DNA of 64,000 nt from assembly GCA_016839555.1 (NCBI GenBank), contig JAEOUA010000010.1:1-64000 (forward strand), given 5' to 3'. Made by a program: the position numbers and the translations under genes. This DNA is from Promethearchaeota archaeon. Its GTDB lineage: Archaea; Asgardarchaeota; Lokiarchaeia; Sigyniarchaeales; SOKP01. A model generated the notes under the pieces. The model worked only from the letters and a program-made list of their open reading frames with translations, had not been told where the DNA came from and did no database searches. Shown here in pieces: positions 30,232-41,064 of the stretch; the first letter of the stretch is position 1; each line of letters opens with the position of its first letter.

Positions 30232-30894
30232 ATGTTAGAGGTTTACAATAATATGGAGTTTTTAAGTGAAAAACACAGGATTAAAATTCTCAAAGACTGG
30301 GATCTTTATGAATTACCATTTGATCATCAAATTGTAAAAATTTTTGAAAAAGTAAGAGATATTCGTTTTGGAAGGATGGGTTCTAGAGATCCTATGGATG
30401 TGTATAAAGCGAATAAAGGAACATGTTCAGGAAAAAATTTCCTATTAAGAGAATTATACAAAGGGATCGGATTAGAAACAAAAGATATGATCTGCATGCA
30501 ACGGTGGAAAGATTTAATATGGTTTCCCACTAGCAGATATAAAATTGTTCAATTTCCTGATGAATTAGTAAAAATGCTAAAAGAAAAAGAAATTATAGAC
30601 TTTCATAATTATGTTAAAATACTTGTAAATAAGAAATGGATTCAAGTAGATGCTACAATAGACACACCACTTACAAAGATTGGGTTTTTTACCACCGAAA
30701 TATGGGATGGAAAATCAGATATGCCACTTTGTTTCTGTGGAAACGATAAAATATGGGATTGTGGTGATAATGGACCAGCTAAGAAAAAAGAGTTAACAAA
30801 TCAGCTTCCTGAATACATCCAAACTGCAAGAAATCAATTTCTTCAAAGAATGACGCAATGGATTGATGAGTTACGAGCTAATAAAAAGATTTAA
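30232..30894 (+). CDS. Transglutaminase-like protein
   Basis: Cys-His-Asp triad: GTCSGK, FHNYV, VDAT. Confidence 0.8.
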   Translation: MLEVYNNMEFLSEKHRIKILKDWDLYELPFDHQIVKIFEKVRDIRFGRMGSRDPMDVYKANKGTCSGKNFLLRELYKGIGLETKDMICMQRWKDLIWFPTSRYKIVQFPDELVKMLKEKEIIDFHNYVKILVNKKWIQVDATIDTPLTKIGFFTTEIWDGKSDMPLCFCGNDKIWDCGDNGPAKKKELTNQLPEYIQTARNQFLQRMTQWIDELRANKKI

Positions 30895-31017
30895 TTTCTT
30901 CATTTAAAATATTTAAAACTTTGATTATAAAACCTCAAATAACTTTTTTCTTTATAAATTCTAATTGAGATATAAATAATATAATTAGATCTGGTCTTTA
31001 CAATTTAAAATAGTCTT

Positions 31018-31632
31018 TTATGATTTTTTCTCTGATTTTGAAGAATTTAAGAAATATTGTTTATAAAAACTCAATCCTTTTTTCAAATTGTGCCGTTTTT
31101 TCATATTAATTATAAATAAATAGACGATTGGAAAGAGGAAAATGAGAAGATAAAAGAAGCCTATTTGATACACGAATATAAAGAATAATACAGATATTAA
31201 TGAATACACCGCATAAAGCGCATTATATAAAAAAATATTGGACCGATATTTCGAACTCTCGATAAATTTATTTTCTTTTAAGGCGGAATGGCAAGCGCAA
31301 CAAACTAATGGAATTTTCACATTATATTTTTGCTTAAAATATAAACTATAAATAATTGTGAGCATTCGGTCAATTTTATTACCACATAATTTACATGTAA
31401 ACTCCTTTTTCTTCTTAATGCGATTAGCTTCAATTTGATCGATTATATCCTTAGGAAAATAACAATCATCATTATAATAATGCTCGCAGGTTTTGCAAGT
31501 CAATTCTTTTTCTAATAATCGCTCTCTATGTTCCCCCATTTGAGGATCCTTAAAAATTTCATAATTAGAGTGTTCCTTGCATAAAACACGCCCCTCCTTA
31601 TCAATTTCAAAACTGGGTTCTACATAATCCAT
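31018..31632 (-). CDS. Cys-rich Zn-binding two-TM membrane protein
   Basis: C..H, CKTC...C, CKLC, CCAC followed by two TM helices. Confidence 0.7.
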   Translation of the reverse strand: MDYVEPSFEIDKEGRVLCKEHSNYEIFKDPQMGEHRERLLEKELTCKTCEHYYNDDCYFPKDIIDQIEANRIKKKKEFTCKLCGNKIDRMLTIIYSLYFKQKYNVKIPLVCCACHSALKENKFIESSKYRSNIFLYNALYAVYSLISVLFFIFVYQIGFFYLLIFLFPIVYLFIINMKKRHNLKKGLSFYKQYFLNSSKSEKKS

Positions 31633-31837
31633 AAAGGTTGAGTATAAATTCGAATTAGTTATAATATATTTTAAATTGATCTCTAATAATAATAAGAAAC
31701 AATTTATGATTAAAAATCTAACTCTATATTTTTAAAAAGCTCGCTAAACAGAAAATTTACTTTTAATTAAAATCAAAAAAAAAAGAAAATTTGTTATATA
31801 TACTATTTTAATTCGAAAATTTTATAGTCTCTCTATT

Positions 31838-33367
31838 CTATTGTGTCTCTCCACCCTTAACTCGGAAAAATAATAGAAATGCTGTTATAACGGAGATGAG
31901 AATAAAAGGAAACATAATAATATATTTAAATCCTTCAGTTAAAATCGTTGAAAATGCAGATAAAAGTCCCCCAAATAGAATGGGTGCTAAGGCATATGCG
32001 GATTGGTTAAATGTGTAATAGATTCCGGTATAAATTCCAAGGTCTCCTTCTGGTGCAAGCGCCCATAAAATTGGAAAAGAATTGACTATAAATCCCATCC
32101 AAGGCACAGAAACTAACACCAACATAATAATCATAATTAATTCATCATGATTTTTGTATAACGGTGGAATTATGATAAAAGTCATTATAATCAATGAAAT
32201 TATTAACCATATAAGAAATATCTTAACGGCATTTTTCCGCCCCACTTTTTTTGATTGTCCTAGCAAACCTACGAAATAAGCGACTGCAATCATCGGGCCG
32301 GAATAAAATAAGAATAATCTACTCGCTTGTGCTTCTGTTGCTCCTAAATATTCTTGTGCAAAAAGAGAAAAGAAAGATTCTACTGAAGCGAATGCTAAAT
32401 ACATAAAGATTATTGTTCCCAAAAAATATGCAAAATCTCTATGTCGTTTCATAATCTGAAATGCTTCCCGATAAGAACTAAATTTTTTACGCCGATTTAG
32501 TTGAATTTCCTCGCTCCCTTTTTTTAACTCACGAGCTTTGAATGTAGCGGGTTCGATATCGAGTCTATTTTCGGAAATTTGAATAAATTTGTCTCCTGTT
32601 GGTGTTTCCTTAAGAAAAATATTTTGGATTATCAATAATAATACCATGATGATCGCAACTGCGAGAAAGGGAATAAAATCTCCAATAATACTTGAAGGTA
32701 CCATATAGGAAAGATTCATTCCAAATATATCTCCAAGATTTATAATAAATTCTTGAAAAGCAGTGGGCTTAGAAAACATTGTTTTTGGAAAGATCATCGG
32801 CATGGCAAATCCTACTAATCCTCCGATATTCGCAATAAATTGCTGTACTGCGCTGGCTTTGGAATAAACCTTATCAGAAGTATAATCCGGTAATATAGCA
32901 ATCGAAGCACTTCTATAAATCGACATTGCTATATCGAAAAGTAAAATGATAAGAACTAATCCTGCGATTACTCTAATAAGTGGGATTAAGGTAAAAAAAA
33001 ATGCAGAGGAGGTTGTTCCTAAAATTATGTATGGCATGCGACGACCAATTTTGCTTTTTGTTCGATCACTTAAGTCACCGAAGAATGGTTGTAAAATAAC
33101 TGCTGTAATATTATCAATTGCCATAATAGACCCTATTATAACGCTTATAAATGGATTCTTGCTTCCTAACTCATTTATTAATACCTCATTTAATATTAAA
33201 GGTACCTTGAAATTGAAATAGCTCCATGCTAAAAGGACTATAAAAAACGCGAGGGAAATAACAATTGTTCTTTTATAATTCAACTTGTCTGGCGGGATTG
33301 GCTCCATTTTTGGTTCATAAGGAAGATAAGTCGCTTCTTTTTTATCATCTTGTGCTATTTTTATCAC
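31838..33367 (-). CDS. MFS transporter (sugar/GPH-like); true start possibly ATA 33358
   Basis: QPFFGDLSDRTKSKIGRRMPY motif A; ~12 TM. Confidence 0.9.
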   Translation of the reverse strand: MIKIAQDDKKEATYLPYEPKMEPIPPDKLNYKRTIVISLAFFIVLLAWSYFNFKVPLILNEVLINELGSKNPFISVIIGSIMAIDNITAVILQPFFGDLSDRTKSKIGRRMPYIILGTTSSAFFFTLIPLIRVIAGLVLIILLFDIAMSIYRSASIAILPDYTSDKVYSKASAVQQFIANIGGLVGFAMPMIFPKTMFSKPTAFQEFIINLGDIFGMNLSYMVPSSIIGDFIPFLAVAIIMVLLLIIQNIFLKETPTGDKFIQISENRLDIEPATFKARELKKGSEEIQLNRRKKFSSYREAFQIMKRHRDFAYFLGTIIFMYLAFASVESFFSLFAQEYLGATEAQASRLFLFYSGPMIAVAYFVGLLGQSKKVGRKNAVKIFLIWLIISLIIMTFIIIPPLYKNHDELIMIIMLVLVSVPWMGFIVNSFPILWALAPEGDLGIYTGIYYTFNQSAYALAPILFGGLLSAFSTILTEGFKYIIMFPFILISVITAFLLFFRVKGGETQ

Positions 33368-33478
33368 CTAAGTTTTATATTGCTAAGGTTTAATTTAAAT
33401 TAATTTAAATTTGTATAAAAGAAAAAATTAAAACCTTTTTATTAGATAAAAAATAAAAAATTAAAAAAATAGAGGTAT

Positions 33479-34897
33479 TTAGATTATTTCTTCATACTTA
33501 TCAAGATCGACCATTTTCCCTTTTTCTTCGTGCATCTTATCGAGCTCTATTTGCATTGCATCATATTTCTCTTTGGTGACTGGGAATCGCAAGAGTGCTA
33601 ATAGTCCTAACCCTAGAGCAATGGCTGGTAAAAAATACATAAGGATAAAGATACCTATATTTGTTTGGGGCGTGTAAGCACTAGGATCATAAATAACCCC
33701 CCATCCAATTCCCCAAAATATGAAGAAAATTGCTAAATAGACCCCAATGGTCGATAATCGTATGATGAGGGCATTAACTCCATAATATGCCCCTTCTCTT
33801 CTAATTCCAACCTTCAATTCATCGGTATCAATTATAGTACTCATCATCATATCTCGGCCGAACATAATCCCGGCAAACCCAAAACCTGCAATAATATAAG
33901 TAAAAATTGCTGCTATCGGATGAAGCATGAACAAAAATGGAGTCATTGTGAGAATTAAACATCCCAATGCCATTAGTTCAGCCTTCCTCGGCCCAAATTT
34001 AGCAAAAATTTTACTCCAGAGTATCATAAAGGCTATTGCAGAAATAAACAAGATGGCTAAGTAGATTGACGGTATCATACCCCCTTCCACTCCAAGAATA
34101 AACCTTACATAATACGGATTAATAATAGGCACTAACCCGAAAACAAACCATACTGCTAAATTAGTTCCGACATACGTTGTAAATGATTTATTTTTGAATG
34201 TTAATTTCACAGAATCTTTAAATGAAGGCGCTTTTAATGGATCTTTTGCATATTCAACCCGTTCTTTTAATCCTTTTTTAATGAAAATTAATCCGAAAAC
34301 CGTCGCTAATATTGCCATTATAATAGAGCCCACGATATATCCCCCTTCTGTGCCTGGTTCCACACTGGTAGGTACAAACAAAGTGGGAATGATTGCAGCA
34401 AATAATAGTCCAATAATATTAAAGATTTGAACGTAATTATTCGCTACCGCTCTCTGTTCAAGGTTTTCAAACATTTCAGGAAATAAGGATGTCTGGTTTA
34501 AAGAATACATCGTGTAAAAGAAATCAAAAAGAATAATGATAATAAGGAAATAAATGTACTGTACCACATCGGGTCCGAATGGAGTCCATACAAGTATGAT
34601 CAATGCTATTAGTGGTATTAATCCTAATACAATGAATGGGCGACGGCGACCCCATTTTGAAGAGGATCTATCAGAAATGGCGCCTAAGAGGGGGTCGTTG
34701 AGAGCATTCCACACGGTCCATATCATAAATCCTATAACTACCCAAAGTAGTGGTAATTGCTTAACAGCGATGTAATAATTAAAAATGTAGAAAGAAAACA
34801 TCTGATAAGACATGGTATCGGCAATTCCCGCGAAGCTATAATAGATCATGTCCTTTTTTGTATATTCCGTTTTTACTCCTACTTTTTTTTCAGTCAT
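33479..34897 (-). CDS. GPH-family (MelB-like) MFS transporter
   Basis: WNALNDPLLGAISDR...GRRRPF; DTDELKVGIRREGAYYG. Confidence 0.92.
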   Translation of the reverse strand: MTEKKVGVKTEYTKKDMIYYSFAGIADTMSYQMFSFYIFNYYIAVKQLPLLWVVIGFMIWTVWNALNDPLLGAISDRSSSKWGRRRPFIVLGLIPLIALIILVWTPFGPDVVQYIYFLIIIILFDFFYTMYSLNQTSLFPEMFENLEQRAVANNYVQIFNIIGLLFAAIIPTLFVPTSVEPGTEGGYIVGSIIMAILATVFGLIFIKKGLKERVEYAKDPLKAPSFKDSVKLTFKNKSFTTYVGTNLAVWFVFGLVPIINPYYVRFILGVEGGMIPSIYLAILFISAIAFMILWSKIFAKFGPRKAELMALGCLILTMTPFLFMLHPIAAIFTYIIAGFGFAGIMFGRDMMMSTIIDTDELKVGIRREGAYYGVNALIIRLSTIGVYLAIFFIFWGIGWGVIYDPSAYTPQTNIGIFILMYFLPAIALGLGLLALLRFPVTKEKYDAMQIELDKMHEEKGKMVDLDKYEEII

Positions 34898-35080
34898 TTT
34901 CAAGTTTATTTTATATAATTTTTTGTATATAGAATTAGAATGAAAGTTTTATATAAATATGTAGTCTAATTTTTTTATAAATTTTGAGATTTTGAAAAAT
35001 AAAGATATAATAAATTTGTTTAATTTATGAGTGTTTGAACCAAGAAGCTTAATTTGGATTTAAAAATATTTTCCTTAAAT

Positions 35081-36742
35081 TTATTTTATTTTCCGCAATA
35101 ATTTCTCATTTACGTCATTTTTCAGAGTTTCATAAAAAACGGAGTAATATTTCTGATAAAATTCTCTCTTCTTAGCCAAAAATTTTTCTTTATCTTGTCG
35201 TTCTATGGTGCCTTCGCTCCAAAAAATCTTTCCTTGTTCATCTAGTGTAAGAATTTCCTCTTTTTTTACTATTGTTCCATTTTTTATAACATATTCCATA
35301 GTTTCTAAAGCGTTTTGGAGCTTCGAATAATCGTTTGAGAGATCTAAGTCTTGTAAATTAATGTTTAATATATTAACATCGCCATCAGCTCCCGGCGTGA
35401 ATCCTCCTTTGATATTTCCCAAACCTAATGATTTTGCGGGGCTTGCTCTCGAAATAACAATATATTCATAAAAGGATAAGACATCTTCATTATTGGAGAG
35501 CTGTGAGTTTTTTACAAACTTTTGGTTCATATCTTTCATAAATGCCTGTCGTGCTTTGCTACTCAGCAACCAAGTAGCGATTTTGGGGATATTATTTATA
35601 TGAGAATAATGCGGAAAATTAAGGGATAACTGAAGTTGCCACTTATTGTTCACTTGTAATGCTAAAGCTATACCATTTTCCCATAATTTACAATCATGTT
35701 CATTAGACTTGTTAAATTTTCTTAAACTAACGAAGGTGTCTCCCTCCGTTTCAATTGCATTTCGAAATAGCGTGCTATTATTGTGTGAATTTAAATGAGA
35801 AGTAATAAGGGTTCTATCGGAGGTAATTAATGGATTGATGGGGTCAAATCCAATTAATCCCAAATCCATGTCAATAGATTGATTATCATTGAAAAATGAA
35901 ATTAATTCTGAGATATTTCCATTAATATTATAGGAGTTTCCATGAGCTAAATGAAATATCTGCGATCTATCGAATTTAGAATTATTCTGATGCGTCAATT
36001 CGATTGACTTTAAAGCTTCTAAGAGTGTAGATAAGTTTTTATTTCCAACTTCATTTTCATAGCCTTCAATATGTGCGTGAATTGAATGAGGGAGCGCTAA
36101 TTTTTCGACTGCTTTCGTTAAATTCATATAGACTTCCAGAGCAAAAAAGTTATATAATTTCCCACCTTGCTCTATACTTTCTCTAAGGTTATTAAAATTC
36201 CAAGTTTCTGCTTCGAAAGGATTATAAGCCTTAATACCAAAACCTTTGCAAGTAGAAAGAAGATAAGATAAAAAAGTTGCGATATCGTCAATTTTTGCCC
36301 GTTCAAATTCAGATTCTAATACCCATAGATTGCTGGCATTTAATAACATTCCTTTATCTAAAACGGGCAAATATTTAAAATTGAAAATAGTCTGACTTGC
36401 AAGAGAAGGATAGGTATTTGCGTCCAATACAAAAGTATATCCATTTGCCAAGTAATCTTTTGCGATATTTTCTAAAGAAAATCCCTGCCATATCTCCCTA
36501 AATTTTTTGTTATTAGAACCTATTAATCGAGCCCAATTCACTTGTTGAGAAGCAATATGAGTATGAATATCAAGCGCGGCTGGAATTACAGTTTTATTCT
36601 TAGCATCTATTTCTTTTATATCGCTCTCTGAAGAGAATTTTTCCACAATAATTCCATTTTCTATTAAAATATCCTTTTGTTCTTCATTGATTTCATTTAA
36701 AGGATCATATACTATGCCATTCTTAATTAGTAATTTCTTCAT
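35081..36742 (-). CDS. fwdA: Formylmethanofuran dehydrogenase subunit A-like amidohydrolase (divergent)
   Basis: IKNGIVYDPLN, DIHTH, GIKAYNP, LPHSIHAH, SRASPAKSLGL. Confidence 0.85.
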   Translation of the reverse strand: MKKLLIKNGIVYDPLNEINEEQKDILIENGIIVEKFSSESDIKEIDAKNKTVIPAALDIHTHIASQQVNWARLIGSNNKKFREIWQGFSLENIAKDYLANGYTFVLDANTYPSLASQTIFNFKYLPVLDKGMLLNASNLWVLESEFERAKIDDIATFLSYLLSTCKGFGIKAYNPFEAETWNFNNLRESIEQGGKLYNFFALEVYMNLTKAVEKLALPHSIHAHIEGYENEVGNKNLSTLLEALKSIELTHQNNSKFDRSQIFHLAHGNSYNINGNISELISFFNDNQSIDMDLGLIGFDPINPLITSDRTLITSHLNSHNNSTLFRNAIETEGDTFVSLRKFNKSNEHDCKLWENGIALALQVNNKWQLQLSLNFPHYSHINNIPKIATWLLSSKARQAFMKDMNQKFVKNSQLSNNEDVLSFYEYIVISRASPAKSLGLGNIKGGFTPGADGDVNILNINLQDLDLSNDYSKLQNALETMEYVIKNGTIVKKEEILTLDEQGKIFWSEGTIERQDKEKFLAKKREFYQKYYSVFYETLKNDVNEKLLRKIK

Positions 36743-37125
36743 TTATTTATCCCCCCCTTTTTTATCTTTTCAATCAATTCTTTTAATGGTGTAGGAGGAT
36801 CTCTGGTGGCTTCACAATTTACGGGAATATTTTTATTTAATAATTTCCCATTTTTAGTGCTTGTTAATTGATTAGACCATATTGATACTGGCATCGCAAT
36901 CGTTCCTTTAGGGATATTTTCATCTTGTTTAAATTTAACTACTACTTCCCCGTGCTCATTAAATAAATGGAGTTTTAAACTAGGTGTTAAATACATTTCT
37001 TCAAAATCCTCAGGATTAATATATGCCATGGCTAAAATTTCTTCCATTTTTTCAATTTCTCCAAATGTAAATTCTTTAGCTTGATCGTGATCAATCAATC
37101 TTATTGAATTTAATCTTAACTCCAT
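36739..37125 (-). CDS. fwdD: FwdD-like molybdopterin dinucleotide-binding domain
   Basis: INPED...NEHGEVVV...PKG...P...WSN; position between fwdB and fwdA. Confidence 0.8.
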   Translation of the reverse strand: MELRLNSIRLIDHDQAKEFTFGEIEKMEEILAMAYINPEDFEEMYLTPSLKLHLFNEHGEVVVKFKQDENIPKGTIAMPVSIWSNQLTSTKNGKLLNKNIPVNCEATRDPPTPLKELIEKIKKGGINK

Positions 37126-37130
37126 AGTTT

Positions 37131-38432
37131 TTATTCCCCCTTAATTTTTTTATTGATCTTGATTAATAATTCTTCATCGGAAGGAAGATCATTCGGAGGG
37201 TCAATTAATTTGGATAACTTAATGGGAACATCATCTATTCTGAATGCGGTCCCTCCTGCCTCTACTCCTGTAATAGCAGTGGGTAACACAACATCGGCAA
37301 CAAAATAGGTGCTAGATTTTCGATTATCTAATAAAATAAGGGGTTTTGAAGCTAAATGGGAAGCCAAAATTGATGGCAAATGTGAGATGGCATCTGTCCC
37401 AACTATAATGGAAAGATCAAAATCCTCATTCTCTATTTTAGTTATTATATTATCATCTGTATCAATTAGAGCATCATTTTTGAATTGAAGGCTATGATTT
37501 TTCCCGGTTAAACTTAAAGCAGTCTGATCAAATCCTGTCATGTTGAAATGACCTCCACCCATTATTACTGAGATTCTTCCTTTTTTATTAACATTATTAA
37601 GAATTTCAATCAATTCTAATAATTCTTTTAAAGGATCTCCATCTTCGCTTTGTTGTAACATACCTTGTCCTGTAAAAATGGAAATATTTTCAGAATCCAC
37701 TAGATTTGCTACTAACCTTTCTAAATCCATTTTATCTATTCCAGCAATACCTTCTGAAGGGATATCCATTTCTTTTTTACAAATTTTCTTTAATGCTTGA
37801 ATTAATTCTAAATCGGATTCTGGTTTTATTAATAGGGGGATATCTCGAGGACCCATTATATTATATGAAGCGGTTTTCACAGGATCTATTACAATAAGGG
37901 TTTTTATTTCTCTTCCAGTCATTCTAAATTTCCCTCTTGAAAATAAAATTTTATTTAATAAGCGAGGAATCGATTCAATTGGATTAAACCCCCATAAAAG
38001 AATAATATCTCCTTTATTTATTATTTCAGTGAGGGTTGTCATTGTCACTCCTACTTCTTTTGATTTATTTAATGTAATTCCTTGACAGATAGTGGAATTT
38101 GAATCTATAAACCCATTTATTGCTTTAGCTAATCGGATACCCTCTGCTTGCGCTTCACAAGAAGTAGTAGAAAATCCATAAAGGATCGGATTTGATGATT
38201 CCTTAATCAATTGAATTGCTTTCTCTAATGCTTCATCCCACCCTACTTCTTTTAAATCATCATTTTCTCTAAATAAGGGTTTTAATATTCTATTATGTGA
38301 TTTGATTGATTCAAGTCTCTCTTTTCCTCTTATACATGCGCCAATAACTTGCTCAATTTTTCTCTCATCATTTTCTTCTATTATTATATCATCACATAAT
38401 AATGAGCATCCTGTACATGTAATTCTTTTCAT
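37131..38432 (-). CDS. fwdB: Formylmethanofuran dehydrogenase subunit B-like (divergent)
   Basis: CTGCSLLCDDI..C, TSCEAQ, STICQG, WGFNP, HFNMTG, GVEAGGTAFRID. Confidence 0.87.
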   Translation of the reverse strand: MKRITCTGCSLLCDDIIIEENDERKIEQVIGACIRGKERLESIKSHNRILKPLFRENDDLKEVGWDEALEKAIQLIKESSNPILYGFSTTSCEAQAEGIRLAKAINGFIDSNSTICQGITLNKSKEVGVTMTTLTEIINKGDIILLWGFNPIESIPRLLNKILFSRGKFRMTGREIKTLIVIDPVKTASYNIMGPRDIPLLIKPESDLELIQALKKICKKEMDIPSEGIAGIDKMDLERLVANLVDSENISIFTGQGMLQQSEDGDPLKELLELIEILNNVNKKGRISVIMGGGHFNMTGFDQTALSLTGKNHSLQFKNDALIDTDDNIITKIENEDFDLSIIVGTDAISHLPSILASHLASKPLILLDNRKSSTYFVADVVLPTAITGVEAGGTAFRIDDVPIKLSKLIDPPNDLPSDEELLIKINKKIKGE

Positions 38433-38488
38433 ATTAGCTATAACCTATTTTAATAATTCGAATTCTATCTCTAATTTTTTTTCAAATC

Positions 38489-38998
38489 TCATTCTTCTAC
38501 AAGGTCATAAGAGATTTCTAGGGCCTCGCGAGGACAATAAGTTTCACAAACTCGACATTCCCGCTCTCTCCCTTGAGCAGTAATCCTCCTACATTGATCT
38601 AGGGCTAGAAGCTCACATTTTCCATCTTTTATTACAAACAATTGATGTTCGTCAGGAGGATAGTCTGGTACCTTTCCGCTAAGAGTGGAATAACAATACC
38701 TAGCATTTACGGGACAAACAGTTACGCAGATTCCACATCCATCACATAACTCATCATCAATAGTGATTCTTAATTCTTTTTTCTTTCCTTCCTCTCCCCC
38801 AATTAATTCTTGTAATTGATCAAGTTTTTCCTTATATTTAGATTCCTCAATTAATGGAGGGCAATCCGCAATCTTTACATTCCCTTTAAGCAATTCGAGA
38901 GCAAATGCCATGCATGTTTTAGGTTCACATTTGCCACAATTGGTTTGTGGTAAGAATTTATAAATCTCCATAAAATTATCAGTTGGAATAATAATCAC
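38489..38998 (-). CDS. Fe-S domain + 4Fe-4S protein (FwdG-like position); true start possibly ATT 38989
   Basis: LPQTNCGKC...TCMAFA...CP; CDGCGICVTVCP; CRVC..CP. Confidence 0.8.
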   Translation of the reverse strand: MIIIPTDNFMEIYKFLPQTNCGKCEPKTCMAFALELLKGNVKIADCPPLIEESKYKEKLDQLQELIGGEEGKKKELRITIDDELCDGCGICVTVCPVNARYCYSTLSGKVPDYPPDEHQLFVIKDGKCELLALDQCRRITAQGRERECRVCETYCPREALEISYDLVEE

Positions 38999-39161
38999 CT
39001 TGTATTTGATTCCATTTTTTCTCTTTTCTGAGTGTAAAAGGTTTTTAAAATTATTAATTTTTTATATTATTCTTTATAAATTTTTTAATGGTTTACATAT
39101 CATAACTTAATAAATCGTAAATAAGAAGCAATTGAAGTATTAGGATATTAGATTATAAAAG

Positions 39162-40091
39162 CTATAAAGAAGAATTCCATAATCTCTTTTTCAGCTTTTG
39201 AAATATCTCTTCTATTGATTTGCTTGCGGGCGCATTTGGATCATAATCTACAACGGGTTCAGCATTCGCCATTGCGTGAGCAATTTGCAAGTCAAAAGGA
39301 ATTCTTCCCAATATATCATATCCCGTTGATTCTATAAATTCTTGAAACTTTTTTTGAAAAGGACTTTTTAGATCTGCTTTATTAATCACAATTCCAAAGG
39401 GGATTTCAAATTGTTGTACCACTTCTATTGCTCGTTTTACATCATGAAGTCCCGAAGGTGTTGGTTCGCAGATAGTAATAACATAATCTAATCCTGAAAC
39501 AGTAGCAATTACAGGACAACCTATACCTGGAGGTCCATCGATCAGGATCAAGTTGGAGTCTTCATATTCCTCAAGATTTTGAGTAAATTCTTTACTTTCT
39601 GATACTAGTTTCCCCGAAGTCGTGCTCCCTAATTCAGTTCGACCATATACTAAGCGTGGTTCTTTCCTTGTTATATATGAAATTATTTCGCCGCTTTTTA
39701 CAGGATGGATTTCAAATGCATGTTCAGGACATAGAACTTTACAAGCCCCACAGCCCTCGCATGCTAAATAACTAATAATGGGAATCTCTTGCTCCTCATT
39801 CCAATTTAATGCGTGAAATTCACAAAAATTATCTTCAATACATTGTTTGCAGTGAACACATTTTTCTTCAATAAACGATGCTTTTAAGGTGGTGTAGGTG
39901 TCTTGTATGTCGATATTATGCTCATTTTCCGCAGGCAAAATTAATGCCAAATTTGGAGCGTCTACATCACAATCCATTATAATTGGATTAATATCGGGAT
40001 CATTACTTGCCAAACTGGCTAGGGAAGCTGTTAAAGAAGTTTTCCCCACACCGCCTTTTCCACTTATTATGCCTATTGCTTTCCTTTCCAT
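39162..40091 (-). CDS. MinD-superfamily P-loop ATPase with inserted ferredoxin domain (COG1149-type)
   Basis: SGKGGVGKT, DCDVDAPN, CVHC, CEGCGAC, DGPPGIGCP, EPT. Confidence 0.9.
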   Translation of the reverse strand: MERKAIGIISGKGGVGKTSLTASLASLASNDPDINPIIMDCDVDAPNLALILPAENEHNIDIQDTYTTLKASFIEEKCVHCKQCIEDNFCEFHALNWNEEQEIPIISYLACEGCGACKVLCPEHAFEIHPVKSGEIISYITRKEPRLVYGRTELGSTTSGKLVSESKEFTQNLEEYEDSNLILIDGPPGIGCPVIATVSGLDYVITICEPTPSGLHDVKRAIEVVQQFEIPFGIVINKADLKSPFQKKFQEFIESTGYDILGRIPFDLQIAHAMANAEPVVDYDPNAPASKSIEEIFQKLKKRLWNSSL

Positions 40092-40092
40092 T

Positions 40093-41028
40093 TTATTCTT
40101 TCACTCCTTGCATATGGCTGTTTTTCAACCAAATTTTAAGGGCATCAAAAATTTTCAGAAATGCTTGATATCCCGCTCCATTTATGTCAAATTTTCCACT
40201 ATTGTCCATAAGTGGAATACCTTGACAATATGATTGTACAATTTCATCATCTAAAGGAATATCTCCCAATACTTCTATTTTTTGCTCCGCTAATTCTTGC
40301 AAAAATTCATCTTTAAATCCTAAAAGAGAAGATCTATTTACAATCGTTTTATAATCCTTTTTTAATAATTTGATTAATTCTATAATTCGTTCCAAATCCA
40401 GTTTTCCAAATTTAGTGGGTTCAGTTACCGGAATAATTTTATCTGCTTGATCTATTAATAGTTCGACATCGCAATGAGCCCCTGGTGCCGTGTCTAAGAT
40501 TACTATATCATATTTTTCTGGTTCATTTTCAAGTGTCGTATTAAGTTTGTCGAGAAGTGCTTCTACGACCGATGCAGAACGTGCTTCTGAGGGCTTTAAT
40601 TCTCCTACTAAGAGGTCAATATTATCTTTTTGCGACTCGTAAATCCATCCTAGAACTTTAGTATCTTCTTCAATAGCATCTTCTGGGCAAATTTTATAAC
40701 ATAACTTACACCCAGAACATAAATTTAAAAAAGGGATGGGATAAGAGTCTTTCACCCATAATAATGCATTAGTCGCACAATTTTGGGCGCAAAGTCCACA
40801 CTTTGAACATTTTTCTTTAAGAATTACGGGTTTAAAAAACATTACCGGCGTTTTATTTTCTAACTCTAAACCTAATAAAAGATTGGTATTTGGATTTTCC
40901 ACATCGCCATCAATAAGGAGCACCTTTTTTCCCTCATTTTTGAACATCGTGGCTAGATTCACGGCAATAAGGGTCTTTCCCGTGCCCCCTTTTCCCCCGC
41001 TTACACAAATTATTGGTGGTTTTGCCAT
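40093..41028 (-). CDS. MinD-superfamily P-loop ATPase with inserted ferredoxin domain (COG1149-type)
   Basis: GGKGGTGKT, DGDVENPN, CSKCGLC, CSGCKLC, DTAPGAHC. Confidence 0.9.
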   Translation of the reverse strand: MAKPPIICVSGGKGGTGKTLIAVNLATMFKNEGKKVLLIDGDVENPNTNLLLGLELENKTPVMFFKPVILKEKCSKCGLCAQNCATNALLWVKDSYPIPFLNLCSGCKLCYKICPEDAIEEDTKVLGWIYESQKDNIDLLVGELKPSEARSASVVEALLDKLNTTLENEPEKYDIVILDTAPGAHCDVELLIDQADKIIPVTEPTKFGKLDLERIIELIKLLKKDYKTIVNRSSLLGFKDEFLQELAEQKIEVLGDIPLDDEIVQSYCQGIPLMDNSGKFDINGAGYQAFLKIFDALKIWLKNSHMQGVKE

Positions 41029-41064
41029 AATAAATAAAAAGATTTATTAAAATTTAGATACATT

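Noticed and set aside
37131-38432. Selenocysteine in FwdB
   Set aside because: The metal-ligand codon is TGT and the ORF has no in-frame TGA
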